A stretch of DNA of 43,396 nt from a virus, in the IMG/VR virus record IMGVR_UViG_3300045988_171811. One strand, 5' to 3'. The notes beneath the pieces are model-generated. The model had not been told where the DNA came from. It saw only the letters and a program-made list of their open reading frames with translations, and ran no database searches. Shown in pieces: positions 1 to 8,664 of the stretch. The translations under genes were made by a program, and so were the position numbers. Position 1 is the first letter of the stretch. Every line of letters starts with the position of its first letter.

Positions 1-55
1 GATTAAGACCAAGGCCGGCGCCTGATAAAATCGCCGTAAAGAAAAAATAACACAA
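1..55. repeat. Terminal 55-bp overlap identical to 43342..43396 (circular contig closure)
   Basis: The first 55 nt (gattaagacc...aataacacaa) match the last 55 nt of the window base for base. Nt 1-24 duplicate the 3' end and stop codon of the capsid gene. Confidence 0.95.
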
Positions 56-95
56 TCCATCCAAAACAAAATTTTTCCCAGGGGCGATTTCGGAG

Positions 96-302
96 ATGCG
101 ATCCTACAAGCACCGAGACCATGACATTGTGATCCATCTCGCAGACGACCACAATGTGATGCTCGGAGACGAATACACTGAGATCGATCCCGGGAATGAT
201 GGCGCTGGCGGGGCAGACGAGCCCACCTCCTCCCCTCGTACTGCCCCGCCGGCACCTGCACCTCGTAGGGGACGAGGCCGCCCCAGAAAGACCACAAAGT
301 GA
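96..302 (+). CDS. Hypothetical small protein with a Pro/Arg-rich basic C-terminus
   Basis: 68-aa ORF directly after the capsid gene. Its TGA overlaps the GTG start of the next gene (GTGA at 299-302), suggesting translational coupling. No family recognised. Confidence 0.45.
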   Translation: MRSYKHRDHDIVIHLADDHNVMLGDEYTEIDPGNDGAGGADEPTSSPRTAPPAPAPRRGRGRPRKTTK

Positions 303-784
303 TACCGGACGACATTATCCCGTTCGCCACGGTCGAAGACCTGGAAGCGCGGTGGCGGGCGCTCTCGGACAGTGAGCGTATTCGCGCTGACGTACTCCTC
401 GCCGACGCGACCGACCTCATCGTGTCGAAATGTCCCCGCTGGGAATCCGCCACGCCTCGCACGCGAAAGCGAGTGGCGTGCGCCGTGGTACGGCGCGCAA
501 TGCAGGGGGGAGATGCTATCGGCGGCGTCACCGACAGTGGTGGCGGAATCTACTCCGAGCCTCACGGGATTATCGCGTCAGAATCGCACACGACCGGCCC
601 ATTCTCCGATCAGTTCACGTATCAGAATCCTGAAGGCGGCCTCTACCTGAAACGCGAGGAAAAAGACGCTCTCGGCGGCTCCGGCGGCGCGTTCGAGGTG
701 GACCTCCTGCAGGATTATGACGTGCGATCCGCCACCGATCAGCTGATCGAAGACATTAACGCGATCGGCGGACAGGAACCGTAA
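299..784 (+). CDS. Head-tail connector / adaptor (gp6-like)
   Basis: The N-terminus (FATVEDLEARWRALSDSERIRADVLLADATDLI) has the typical head-tail connector pattern. Sits right after the capsid gene and is coupled to both neighbours. Confidence 0.6.
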   Translation: MIPDDIIPFATVEDLEARWRALSDSERIRADVLLADATDLIVSKCPRWESATPRTRKRVACAVVRRAMQGGDAIGGVTDSGGGIYSEPHGIIASESHTTGPFSDQFTYQNPEGGLYLKREEKDALGGSGGAFEVDLLQDYDVRSATDQLIEDINAIGGQEP

Positions 785-1113
785 TGCTTTCAGGGTATGT
801 GCCTGTCACACGGCGTAGGAGAGGCCCGGCGTCGAAAGACCAGTACGGTAACCCTGTGCCGGGGCAGTGGGAGAACGTTGCTCTGCCGCCCGCAGTGTTT
901 GCGCCGGCCACGTCTACTGAGCCGATCAGTGCTGGGGCAATGCCCGTCACTGTGCCCGCCGCCCTTTACTGGCGGAACACCACAATCGACGTGACCGCCG
1001 AAGATCATCTCATTGTAGACGGCATAGAATACCGTGTCGGGGGTCGCCCTTCTCCATACCCCAAGGGGACGGTTGTGCAGATTCGTGCCAACGAAGACAA
1101 GGTGAGCGAATAA
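784..1113 (+). CDS. Head closure protein (SPP1 gp16-like)
   Basis: 109 aa. TAATG overlap with the upstream gene. The pattern D.YG......W....a plus a C-terminal I.DG..Y.V is typical of head-closure proteins. Confidence 0.5.
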   Translation: MLSGYVPVTRRRRGPASKDQYGNPVPGQWENVALPPAVFAPATSTEPISAGAMPVTVPAALYWRNTTIDVTAEDHLIVDGIEYRVGGRPSPYPKGTVVQIRANEDKVSE

Positions 1114-1368
1114 ATGCCGAAAGTAAAATTCCAGCTCAACCGTGACGGTGTCGCCGATCTTCTCCGCGGCCCTGACGTGGCCCGGACCGTAGCATTAGAG
1201 ACAGGGCGCGTAGCCGCCGCTGCCGGCCGTGGGTTCGAGGGTGAGACGACGCACGGAAATCGTACTCGCGGATACGTCAGGGCACGCACCATTGCTGCAA
1301 TGCGCAGACAGATGAAGGAGCACACATTGGAGCGTGCGATCGGCCTCACAATGGGTGGCGGGAAATGA
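1114..1368 (+). CDS. Neck / tail-component protein (HK97 gp10-like position)
   Basis: 84 aa. The start abuts the upstream stop (TAAATG). Assigned from synteny within the connector cluster. Confidence 0.45.
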   Translation: MPKVKFQLNRDGVADLLRGPDVARTVALETGRVAAAAGRGFEGETTHGNRTRGYVRARTIAAMRRQMKEHTLERAIGLTMGGGK

Positions 1369-1754
1369 GCCCAACATACGATCGCGCCCCCACAGTGCCG
1401 GACATAAAGAAACGACTCATGGATTTTTTGTCCGCACACATGAGCGTGCCGATCGTGGCCCGCAGGCCCGAAAGTCCGGACCGTCCCGCCGCATTCATTC
1501 GAGTTCTCTCAACAGGCGGTACTGGAGTCACGCAGAAAGCGCTCTGTACCGCGCTGGAGACGATCGACGCCTATGCGCAGTCGTCGGGTGAGGCGATGAA
1601 GATTGCGTGCGAGGCCGTGAATGTGGCGCACACTATGCCGAACTATCAGGATGGTATAGTGATGGTACAATCATCCTATCCGATAGAAATGCCCGATCCG
1701 GACACGTCTCAGGCGAGGGCGACTGCAACATTAACAATTACAGCACACAGGTGA
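1365..1754 (+). CDS. Tail terminator / tail completion protein (DUF3168-like)
   Basis: 129 aa. ATGA overlap with the upstream gene. Lies immediately before the major tail protein. Confidence 0.5.
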   Translation: MSPTYDRAPTVPDIKKRLMDFLSAHMSVPIVARRPESPDRPAAFIRVLSTGGTGVTQKALCTALETIDAYAQSSGEAMKIACEAVNVAHTMPNYQDGIVMVQSSYPIEMPDPDTSQARATATLTITAHR

Positions 1755-1761
1755 ACAAATA

Positions 1762-2346
1762 ATGGCTGTTAACGCTGACAATGCACTCATTTTCTCGTCC
1801 GACAATGACGCGCTCTGGCTGGGCGACTATGTCGAGAAGTTCGGTGAGAAGGTCACGTCGCTCACCCAGGACCTCTCCGGTGTGACCGGTCTTACCAATG
1901 TTGGGTGGATTAGCGAGGATGGATTCAAGCTCACCTCGGACGACTCCGTCACCAAGATTAAGGGGCATCAGGGCCACGGAGTTGTCAAGACCTTCCTCGA
2001 CTCGTCGGAGACGACTTTCAGTGCCACTCTTCTGGAAACCAAGCTTGCCCCGCTCTCATGGTATCTTGACGCCACCAGTGAGAAGGTTGAGGATGGTGGC
2101 GCCACCAAGGGTGTGAAGATCACCGCCAAGTCTTCCCGCAAAGTCAAGCTTCTCTGCGGTGTCGCCGACTTCTTCGACGTTTCCGGTGTGGGTGCGCAGA
2201 TTCGTATTGTTTTCCCGCGTCTGGAGCTCGGTGAGCGTGGTGAGATTACTTTCCAGCAGGCTGAGATCACCGGCTACGAATACAACCTCTCCGTGCTGGG
2301 CGACTACATTATCTACTCCGACCACAAGGCGCTCTTCCCCGCCTGA
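1762..2346 (+). CDS. Major tail protein
   Basis: 194 aa. RBS aggtga upstream. Sits between the terminator protein and the chaperone pair, and is followed by a strong hairpin as expected for a highly expressed gene. Confidence 0.65.
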   Translation: MAVNADNALIFSSDNDALWLGDYVEKFGEKVTSLTQDLSGVTGLTNVGWISEDGFKLTSDDSVTKIKGHQGHGVVKTFLDSSETTFSATLLETKLAPLSWYLDATSEKVEDGGATKGVKITAKSSRKVKLLCGVADFFDVSGVGAQIRIVFPRLELGERGEITFQQAEITGYEYNLSVLGDYIIYSDHKALFPA

Positions 2347-2354
2347 CAGATGAT

Positions 2355-2407
2355 TCTTCCCCGCTATTCCGTGTTTCGGATGGGTTGTCGCGGAATAGTG
2401 GGGAAGA
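2355..2407 (+). terminator. Stem-loop after the major tail gene (attenuator or terminator)
   Basis: 17-nt arms tcttccccgctattccg / cggaatagtggggaaga, with one G-U pair and a 19-nt loop. There is no clear U-tract. Confidence 0.4.
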
Positions 2408-2463
2408 TCCAAAACAAACACAACCCACCCACTTTTGTAAAACAATTTTGAGGACAACCCATT

Positions 2464-2790
2464 ATGTCTGACAAGACCACGAAGAGCAAGGCAAAGTCGA
2501 CCGGTGCCAAGGTGCCGGCTGACAGGCTCGCCAAGGCCGAGGCCACGCGCGACCCGATTCACGTGGACTATGAGGGGATCGAGTTTGACATTCCTCCGGA
2601 GGCGTTGGAGGACTTCCGTGCGTTCGAGGCCCTCGACGCCGGTAATCCGTTTCCGCTTTTCCGCCTTATCGTGGGAGACCATAAGGATGAGGTCTACGCC
2701 GCGTTGGAGGACGAGAACGGTCGCGTTCCGATCGACGTGGTGACCGACTTTATGCAGTCAATCGTGTCCGAGGTGGGCGCGGGAAACTGA
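2464..2790 (+). CDS. Tail assembly chaperone (gpG-like, zero-frame product)
   Basis: 108 aa, acidic. RBS gagga. Ends on the slippery heptamer immediately before the tape measure region. Confidence 0.7.
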   Translation: MSDKTTKSKAKSTGAKVPADRLAKAEATRDPIHVDYEGIEFDIPPEALEDFRAFEALDAGNPFPLFRLIVGDHKDEVYAALEDENGRVPIDVVTDFMQSIVSEVGAGN

Positions 2791-3185
2791 CGATTCTCCC
2801 ACCTCTACTCCGCGAGTATGGGTGGGAGATAGAAGCCGACCTTCAACGATACTACAATACCGATCTCCTCGATCTATATCGAGGCAGAATAACCCCGCGG
2901 CGGATAATGGCGCTCATCGGCGGCCTCCCGCCCGGGTCAACATTCGATAGGACGCGAGGCGGAGACAGATACTGGTCTGACGAAGTGGCCGCCACAATAA
3001 TGTCAGCACACAATATTCAGACCACATTGCTCGCTGTCAATGGGGTTAAGAAAGATAAATGGCCTGAGACGCCGAAGCCTCCGGCCGAAGGATACCGGGA
3101 AACCGGTAACCCCAGAGTGTCAAGCAAACACGCTAAAGCGCAAAAAGCCAAGGGCGAGAAATGGCTCGCCCGATACGGCAGCTGA
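2464..3185 (+). CDS. Tail assembly chaperone, -1 frameshift fusion product (gpGT-like; join 2464..2787,2787..3185)
   Basis: The -1 frame continues LTILPPLLREYGWEIEADLQRYYNTDLLDLYRGRITPRRIMALIGGLP, which is typical of the T part of G/GT chaperones. No stop codon until 3185. Confidence 0.65.
2781..2787 (+). promoter_or_regulatory. Programmed -1 ribosomal frameshift slippery heptamer G_GGA_AAC
   Basis: X_XXY_YYZ in the zero frame: GGA = 2782-2784, AAC = 2785-2787, stop = 2788-2790. The -1 frame is open from 2787 to 3185. Confidence 0.75.
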
Positions 3186-3209
3186 ACCCGTGTTTCTATC
3201 GGATAGTGT

Positions 3210-3266
3210 AAAATGGTTCACGCCAAGACAAACACGAAAAACGGTTTGATTGGCGTGAACCATTTT
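3210..3266 (+). repeat. Perfect 16-bp inverted repeat (stem-loop) between the chaperone and tape measure genes
   Basis: aaaatggttcacgcca (3210-3225) and tggcgtgaaccatttt (3251-3266) are exact reverse complements with a 25-nt loop. The structure lies 28 nt upstream of the tape measure start. Confidence 0.7.
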
Positions 3267-3294
3267 CGCTACACATGATTTCGGAGAGGTATCA

Positions 3295-6200
3295 ATGGCC
3301 GGATATGATCTCGGGACCGCATGGATTCAGATCAGCCCGTCCGTGCGAGGCCTCGCCCGAAGCATCAATAGCGAAATCGGCAACGTCGACACCGGGCCGG
3401 CCGAGAGAAAGATCACATCCGGCCTGGGTGGTGCGTTCAAATCGGTAGCGAAAGTCGCCGGCGCCGCACTCGGAGGGCTCGCAATCGGCGGCATCGCCGT
3501 CGCATTCGGCGGCGTCGCAAAAGAAGCATTCAACGCGGCCGACGCCACAATCAAATTCAAACAAACGCTCGCATTCGCCGGTAAAAGCGCGGACGAAATC
3601 AACGCGCTCACAAAAAGCACGCGCTCCTACGCAGACCGCACAATTTACGAGCTCGACGACATTCAATCAATCACCGCACAGCTAGCATCCAACGGCGTAA
3701 AGGGCTACGATAAACTCGCCGAGGCGGCCGGTAACTTGAATGCTGTTGCTGGCGGGAATGCGCAGACGTTCAAAACGGTCGGCCTTGTCATGACGCAGAC
3801 CGCGGGTGCCGGAAAACTTACCACCGAGAACTGGAATCAGCTTTCCGACGCAATTCCTGGCGCATCTGGTAAATTGCAGGAAGCCATGAAAAAGAATGGC
3901 GCCTACACGGGCAATTTCCGGGAAGCCATGGAAAAGGGCGAGATCACCGCCGAGGAATTCAACCAAGCGATTCTCGACCTCGGTATGGAGGACGTGGCCA
4001 TTGAGGCCGCTACATCCACCAAAACCCTGGAAGGTGCCTGGGGGAACTTCAAGGCGACCCTTGTGACCGGGGCGCAGGAAATCGCCGAAAAAGCACTCCC
4101 GTGGATCACCGCATCCCTTGACGCTATGAGCAAAGGGTTCGAGAAAGTATTCAACTGGGTCAGTAACTCGTTCATTCCTAGTATTACGAATGCTTTCAAC
4201 GTTATCCGCAAGGGTGATTTCACGGGCCCGATCTTCTCGTTCGAGGAAGACTCAAGCTTCGTTGATTTTCTTTTCCGCATGCGTGACGCTGCCGCCGCCG
4301 CGGGGGAATGGATTAACAAGACGCTCGTCCCGTCGTTGAAGAATCTTAAAGATTTGCTCATGTCTGGTGATTTCACGGGGACGATTTTCGGATTCGACAA
4401 AGACTCTGGAATCATCTCGTACATCACCAACGTACGCAACAGTTTCGTCGAGCTCGGCAAATTCATTGTTGGGACGCTCGTCCCCGGCATCGCCACGGCG
4501 CTCAGCACCATCGCGAACAGCAGCCTTGTCCAATTCATGGAAAGTCTCACCGTCGCTATTCTCAATAGCAAAGTGGCGGTTTACAGCATTGCGGCTGCGT
4601 TCACGGCATGGAAAGCCGTCATGGTCATGTCCTCAATGCAGCAATGGCTAAATGACATGGAAGGCGTAGCCGGCGTAGCAGGGCGTGTCACCACGGCCAT
4701 TAACGCGATGACCGTGGCGAAGGTCAAAGACGTGGTTGAGACAGCGCAGCTCAACCTCATGTACGCCGGCGAATTCCTGTCGAATATCGCGCGTGCAACG
4801 ACGCAGATCACGATGCAGGCGGTTGCTTGGGGGAGGGCCACGGCAATGATGGTCCTCCACAAAACTGCAACAATCGCTTCAACTGCGGCGCAGTGGGCAT
4901 TCAACGCCGCAATGGACGCCAACCCAATCGGCCTTGTTGTGATCGCTATTGCAGCATTGGTCGCAGCCATTGTGGTGGCATGGCAGAATTCCGAAACATT
5001 CCGCAACGTCGTCATTTCTTGCTGGGAAGCAATCAAAACAGCAGCCGGGGCCGTGGCCGATTGGTTCGCCGCTAACGTATGGCCTCTCATGCAAGTCGCA
5101 TGGGACGGAATCGTGGCAGGCGCCCAGTGGATGTGGGGCGTCATGGTATCCGTCTGGCAAGGAATGCAACCTATTATTCAGGCGGTCATTGATTGGATCG
5201 TCGGTACCGCATGGCCCGCGCTTCAGGCGGCATGGGACGGGATTGTCGCCGGAGCCCAATGGGTATGGAACGGCATCGTCAGCGTCTGGCAGGGAATACA
5301 GCCCGTCATTCAAGCCGTCGTTGATTGGATCGTAAATACTGCGTGGCCCAACCTGCAAGCCGCCTGGGACGGCATTTCCGCGGGCGCAATGATCGTTTGG
5401 AACGGAATGGTCGCAGCCTGGCAGGGGATCAGCGACATAATCCGGCCTGTCGTTGATTGGATTGTCAACGTTGCCGCTTTGTATCTCACTACGGCATGGG
5501 ATGCTATCAGCTGGGGTGTGAGCGCGCTTTGGTCCACGATTCAGTGGGCGTGGGACGCTATTTGGGCGGCAATCATGCCCGTCGCCACACAAATCTACAA
5601 CGACATTTGGCCCATGGTAGTCGGCGCATTTAACGCGATTAAAGACACCGCCAGTATGATGTGGGCCGATATTCAGATCGCATGGACCGCAATTCAAACC
5701 GCAATTCAGCCCGTTGCAGATTGGATTTACAATACAGTTTGGCCTTGGGTCGTTGGCGCGTTCAATGCGATTAAAGACACAGCCGCCAACATGTGGGCCG
5801 ATATTCAGACCGCGTGGACCGCAATTCAAGCGGCAATGCAACCGGTAGTCGAGTGGATCTACTACACAGCATGGCCCTGGGTAGTCGATACATTCAACAC
5901 GATCAAAGATGCAGCGTCTAATCTTTGGGGCACTGTATCGGCGGCGTGGACCTCCATTCAGGCTGCAATGCAGCCCGTAGTCGAATGGATCTACTACACA
6001 GCATGGCCCTGGGTAGTCGATACATTCAATACAATCAAAGACACCGCCTCCGCCCTTTGGGGCACCATATCAGCGGCGTGGAACGGCATTTGGGCCACCA
6101 TTCAGCCCGTCGTTGATTGGATTTACAATATTGCATGGCCGTGGGTGGTCGGAGCATTCAACGCCATTAAAGACACGGCGTCTATTATGTGGGGCTCCCT

Positions 6201-7857
6201 GTCGGCGACATGGAACGGCATCTGGGCCGTCATGCAGCCTGTGGTGAATTGGATTCAAACCTATGCTGCACCCGTTATTAGTGTGGCCTGGGAAATCATC
6301 TCTACGGGTGCGAAAATTCTGGGCGGAATCATCGCGTTCGTATTCGCGTCCATTATCGCCGCGGTCACCATGGGAGTCGCTGTAATTCAGGGTGCAGCCA
6401 CTACGATCAGCGCGGCCTGGAATACTGTTGTTTCGTGGACCAGCTGGCTGAAAAACATGGTCGTCTCCGCGTGGAACATCCTGAAAGGCGAAATCCAAAT
6501 CGTTAAAGATTGGATCGCTAACACGCTTGTTCCCGCAATTACAAGCGCCTGGGACAGGGTCGTGGCTGCCGCCAATACCATGAAAGATGGTGTTAGGACG
6601 GCGTGGGACAAAATCAAAGAAGCCGCCGCCAAACCCGTTAACTTCGTTATCGGCACAGTTTACAATAACGGGCTGCGGAAACTCGTTAACGGAATGATGG
6701 AGAAGCTCTCCCTCGATCTTCGCCTTCCTGAAGCCCCCACGATTGGCGGGTACGCGTCCGGTGGTGTTCTGCCCGGATACTCTCCGGGCCGTGACATTTA
6801 CCATTTCGTATCACCCGACGGTGGCGGCAGGCTCGCGCTTTCCGGTGGAGAAGCAATCATGCGGCCAGAATGGGTGAAGGCCGTAGGCGGGCCCGCGATG
6901 GTGAATGCCATGAACCGTGCCGCAGCACACGGGGACAGGATTCCCGGTGGTGATGCCGGCTATGCTGCATTCGCCCCGGGCGGTATTTGGGACCCTGTCA
7001 AAGAAACGGTTTCAAAGGGCGCGTCCGCTGCCCTTAATTGGATCACCGGCGCGGCCGATGCGGTGTCCTCGATCTTCTCCGACCCGATCGGAGCCGTCGA
7101 GACTGTCATCAAGGCTCCGGTTCACAAACTTCTCGATTCATGGGGTGGCGACGGGGCGAAACCATTCTTCGACGCCGGGAAAGCGGGCGTTGATAAAACC
7201 ATTGACGCGCTCGGCGATTGGATTAAAGATCACATGCCTGTGGTCAGTGGCTTCGGTGGCGGAATCGGTGCTATTGGTGCCGCTGCCGGCGACCTCGTGA
7301 ATACGGCGCGTCGGGCTATCGGTACACCGTATGTTTGGGGCGGTGTCTCCCCGGGCGGGGGGCTCGACTGTTCTGGTCTTGTCTATTGGGCGCTTAACGC
7401 TATGGGTATTCATGTGCCGCGTCTCACGGCGGCCGGATATCAGGCAATGTCATCTCCCGGTAATCCTATGGTTCCCGGTACGCTTCTGTTCTGGGGTTAC
7501 CCGGCTCACCACGTTGCTATTGCCTCCGGTAATGGAATGATGGTCGAGGCGCCGACGTTCGGCATTCCCGTGCGTGAGGTGCCGATTTACGGTGGGCCGT
7601 CTGCGGGGAATCTTCGCTACGACAATGGCGGATTCTTGCAGCCTGGCCTCTCAACAATTGAGAATAAGACTGGCCGTCCGGAGCCTGTTTTCACGTCAGC
7701 CCAGTGGGAGAAAATGGATAAGCTGATCAGCCTCCTGGAGAATCGCGCGCTCGGCCCGGACGTGCTCGAAATTCGAGATGTGGACAACGATCTTGTCGGC
7801 CGCATGCAAGTGGAAGCGACGTCGGCCATAGTAGACTATGACCGAATGAACCGATAA
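3295..7857 (+). CDS. Tape measure protein with a C-terminal NlpC/P60 peptidoglycan endopeptidase domain
   Basis: 1520 aa, the largest ORF, following the G/GT chaperone. RBS ggagagg. Has internal Trp-rich tandem repeats. The C-terminal motif GTPYVWGG...LDCSGLVYWA...HHVAIASGNGMMVEAP (about nt 7300-7610) is canonical NlpC/P60. Confidence 0.9.
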   Translation: MAGYDLGTAWIQISPSVRGLARSINSEIGNVDTGPAERKITSGLGGAFKSVAKVAGAALGGLAIGGIAVAFGGVAKEAFNAADATIKFKQTLAFAGKSADEINALTKSTRSYADRTIYELDDIQSITAQLASNGVKGYDKLAEAAGNLNAVAGGNAQTFKTVGLVMTQTAGAGKLTTENWNQLSDAIPGASGKLQEAMKKNGAYTGNFREAMEKGEITAEEFNQAILDLGMEDVAIEAATSTKTLEGAWGNFKATLVTGAQEIAEKALPWITASLDAMSKGFEKVFNWVSNSFIPSITNAFNVIRKGDFTGPIFSFEEDSSFVDFLFRMRDAAAAAGEWINKTLVPSLKNLKDLLMSGDFTGTIFGFDKDSGIISYITNVRNSFVELGKFIVGTLVPGIATALSTIANSSLVQFMESLTVAILNSKVAVYSIAAAFTAWKAVMVMSSMQQWLNDMEGVAGVAGRVTTAINAMTVAKVKDVVETAQLNLMYAGEFLSNIARATTQITMQAVAWGRATAMMVLHKTATIASTAAQWAFNAAMDANPIGLVVIAIAALVAAIVVAWQNSETFRNVVISCWEAIKTAAGAVADWFAANVWPLMQVAWDGIVAGAQWMWGVMVSVWQGMQPIIQAVIDWIVGTAWPALQAAWDGIVAGAQWVWNGIVSVWQGIQPVIQAVVDWIVNTAWPNLQAAWDGISAGAMIVWNGMVAAWQGISDIIRPVVDWIVNVAALYLTTAWDAISWGVSALWSTIQWAWDAIWAAIMPVATQIYNDIWPMVVGAFNAIKDTASMMWADIQIAWTAIQTAIQPVADWIYNTVWPWVVGAFNAIKDTAANMWADIQTAWTAIQAAMQPVVEWIYYTAWPWVVDTFNTIKDAASNLWGTVSAAWTSIQAAMQPVVEWIYYTAWPWVVDTFNTIKDTASALWGTISAAWNGIWATIQPVVDWIYNIAWPWVVGAFNAIKDTASIMWGSLSATWNGIWAVMQPVVNWIQTYAAPVISVAWEIISTGAKILGGIIAFVFASIIAAVTMGVAVIQGAATTISAAWNTVVSWTSWLKNMVVSAWNILKGEIQIVKDWIANTLVPAITSAWDRVVAAANTMKDGVRTAWDKIKEAAAKPVNFVIGTVYNNGLRKLVNGMMEKLSLDLRLPEAPTIGGYASGGVLPGYSPGRDIYHFVSPDGGGRLALSGGEAIMRPEWVKAVGGPAMVNAMNRAAAHGDRIPGGDAGYAAFAPGGIWDPVKETVSKGASAALNWITGAADAVSSIFSDPIGAVETVIKAPVHKLLDSWGGDGAKPFFDAGKAGVDKTIDALGDWIKDHMPVVSGFGGGIGAIGAAAGDLVNTARRAIGTPYVWGGVSPGGGLDCSGLVYWALNAMGIHVPRLTAAGYQAMSSPGNPMVPGTLLFWGYPAHHVAIASGNGMMVEAPTFGIPVREVPIYGGPSAGNLRYDNGGFLQPGLSTIENKTGRPEPVFTSAQWEKMDKLISLLENRALGPDVLEIRDVDNDLVGRMQVEATSAIVDYDRMNR
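5098..6285 (+). repeat. Nine in-frame tandem repeats of 132 bp (44 aa, Trp-rich) inside the tape measure gene
   Basis: Unit starts at 5098, 5230, 5362, 5494, 5626, 5758, 5890, 6022 and 6154. There are two sub-families, AWDGIVAGAQW... and AFNAIKDTA..W. Units 7 and 8 are nearly identical over about 60 nt. Confidence 0.85.
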
Positions 7858-7884
7858 AACCATTATGACGGAAAGCACAAAATA

Positions 7885-8664
7885 ATGCCGATTACGGGAT
7901 GGATTGCTACACACACTGGGCTGCCGTCAATAATGGCCACAGGCAAAGAACCCGTCTACGCGGGCGACCGTCTTTTCGCCGTGCCCGGTATGGCTCGCGA
8001 CAAAAGACCACTCACCGGACGTGCGAAAATGATTCGCGAGCTCGAGGGCCCCAAGCTGACTGAGCCGGTGACAATGATCCTCTCAGACGCGTACGCCGTG
8101 CCGGGCACCACAATAAAATACACTCAGGGTGACTCCTCGGTCACGCTGACTCGCCCCGAGGTGGAGTGGTGGCGTGGCATGGTGAGCGGCCTCAACGGCC
8201 GCACCGTCCCAGGGCTCATCTGGGAGGAGGCCCAGGATAAAAGAGAATGGTCCTCCCCGATTTCGAGATATAACTCACTTATCACCAGGTGGCCGATGCT
8301 AGAAGTAGCTCGCACCGGAGGCGGCCAATTCGTCCTAGACGACCCGTCCCACGTTAACGCCGTTTGGGAAATCCTGCAGAAACGGGAGCCTCTCATTCTC
8401 ACGCCTGGCGCCCCCGCAGATGTTCTTCCGTCGCGATTCATCACCGTAGACAAAGTCGACAGCGCCAGAATCACAGGCGACGGTATCATTCGGTGGAACG
8501 TTAAATGGCACGAGCTCCCCGAGGACTCGCCAATGCTTGTTGGCCCTCATGCTGGCTGGGGGGCAGCGCCCTGCGTTACTTGGGGTGAATGGCGTGAAGT
8601 CGACAAGGTATGGAAGTCGCGCACATACATTGAGATTTGCAAAATGATTGCGGGAATGCCATGA
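7885..8664 (+). CDS. Minor tail protein (distal tail protein position)
   Basis: 259 aa, the first gene after the tape measure. RBS ggaaag. Function inferred from synteny only. Confidence 0.5.
   Translation: MPITGWIATHTGLPSIMATGKEPVYAGDRLFAVPGMARDKRPLTGRAKMIRELEGPKLTEPVTMILSDAYAVPGTTIKYTQGDSSVTLTRPEVEWWRGMVSGLNGRTVPGLIWEEAQDKREWSSPISRYNSLITRWPMLEVARTGGGQFVLDDPSHVNAVWEILQKREPLILTPGAPADVLPSRFITVDKVDSARITGDGIIRWNVKWHELPEDSPMLVGPHAGWGAAPCVTWGEWREVDKVWKSRTYIEICKMIAGMP

Noticed and set aside
2907-3185. The track ORF 2907..3185 as an independent 92-aa gene.
   Set aside because: Its frame is open all the way back to the slippery heptamer at 2781-2787, and the upstream in-frame sequence encodes conserved T-domain residues. 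It is the -1 frameshift extension of the chaperone.
3210-3266. The arms of the 16-bp inverted repeat, which contain TGGTTCACG and were considered as a split or degenerate parS.
   Set aside because: There is one mismatch per half-site, and the halves are separated by 25 nt instead of abutting. The element is more simply an RNA stem-loop.
4879-5841. A 320-aa minus-strand ORF, and other antisense ORFs (3903..4571, 4581..5144, 6070..6804), inside the tape measure gene.
   Set aside because: These are shadow ORFs antisense to an unambiguous 1520-aa gene. Their products are low-complexity and repeat-derived.
5098-6285. The regular 132-bp tandem repeats, considered as a possible CRISPR array or as DGR template/variable repeats.
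   Set aside because: The repeats are contiguous with no spacers, in frame, and encode the Trp-rich tape measure periodicity. No cas genes or reverse transcriptase occur anywhere in the genome.
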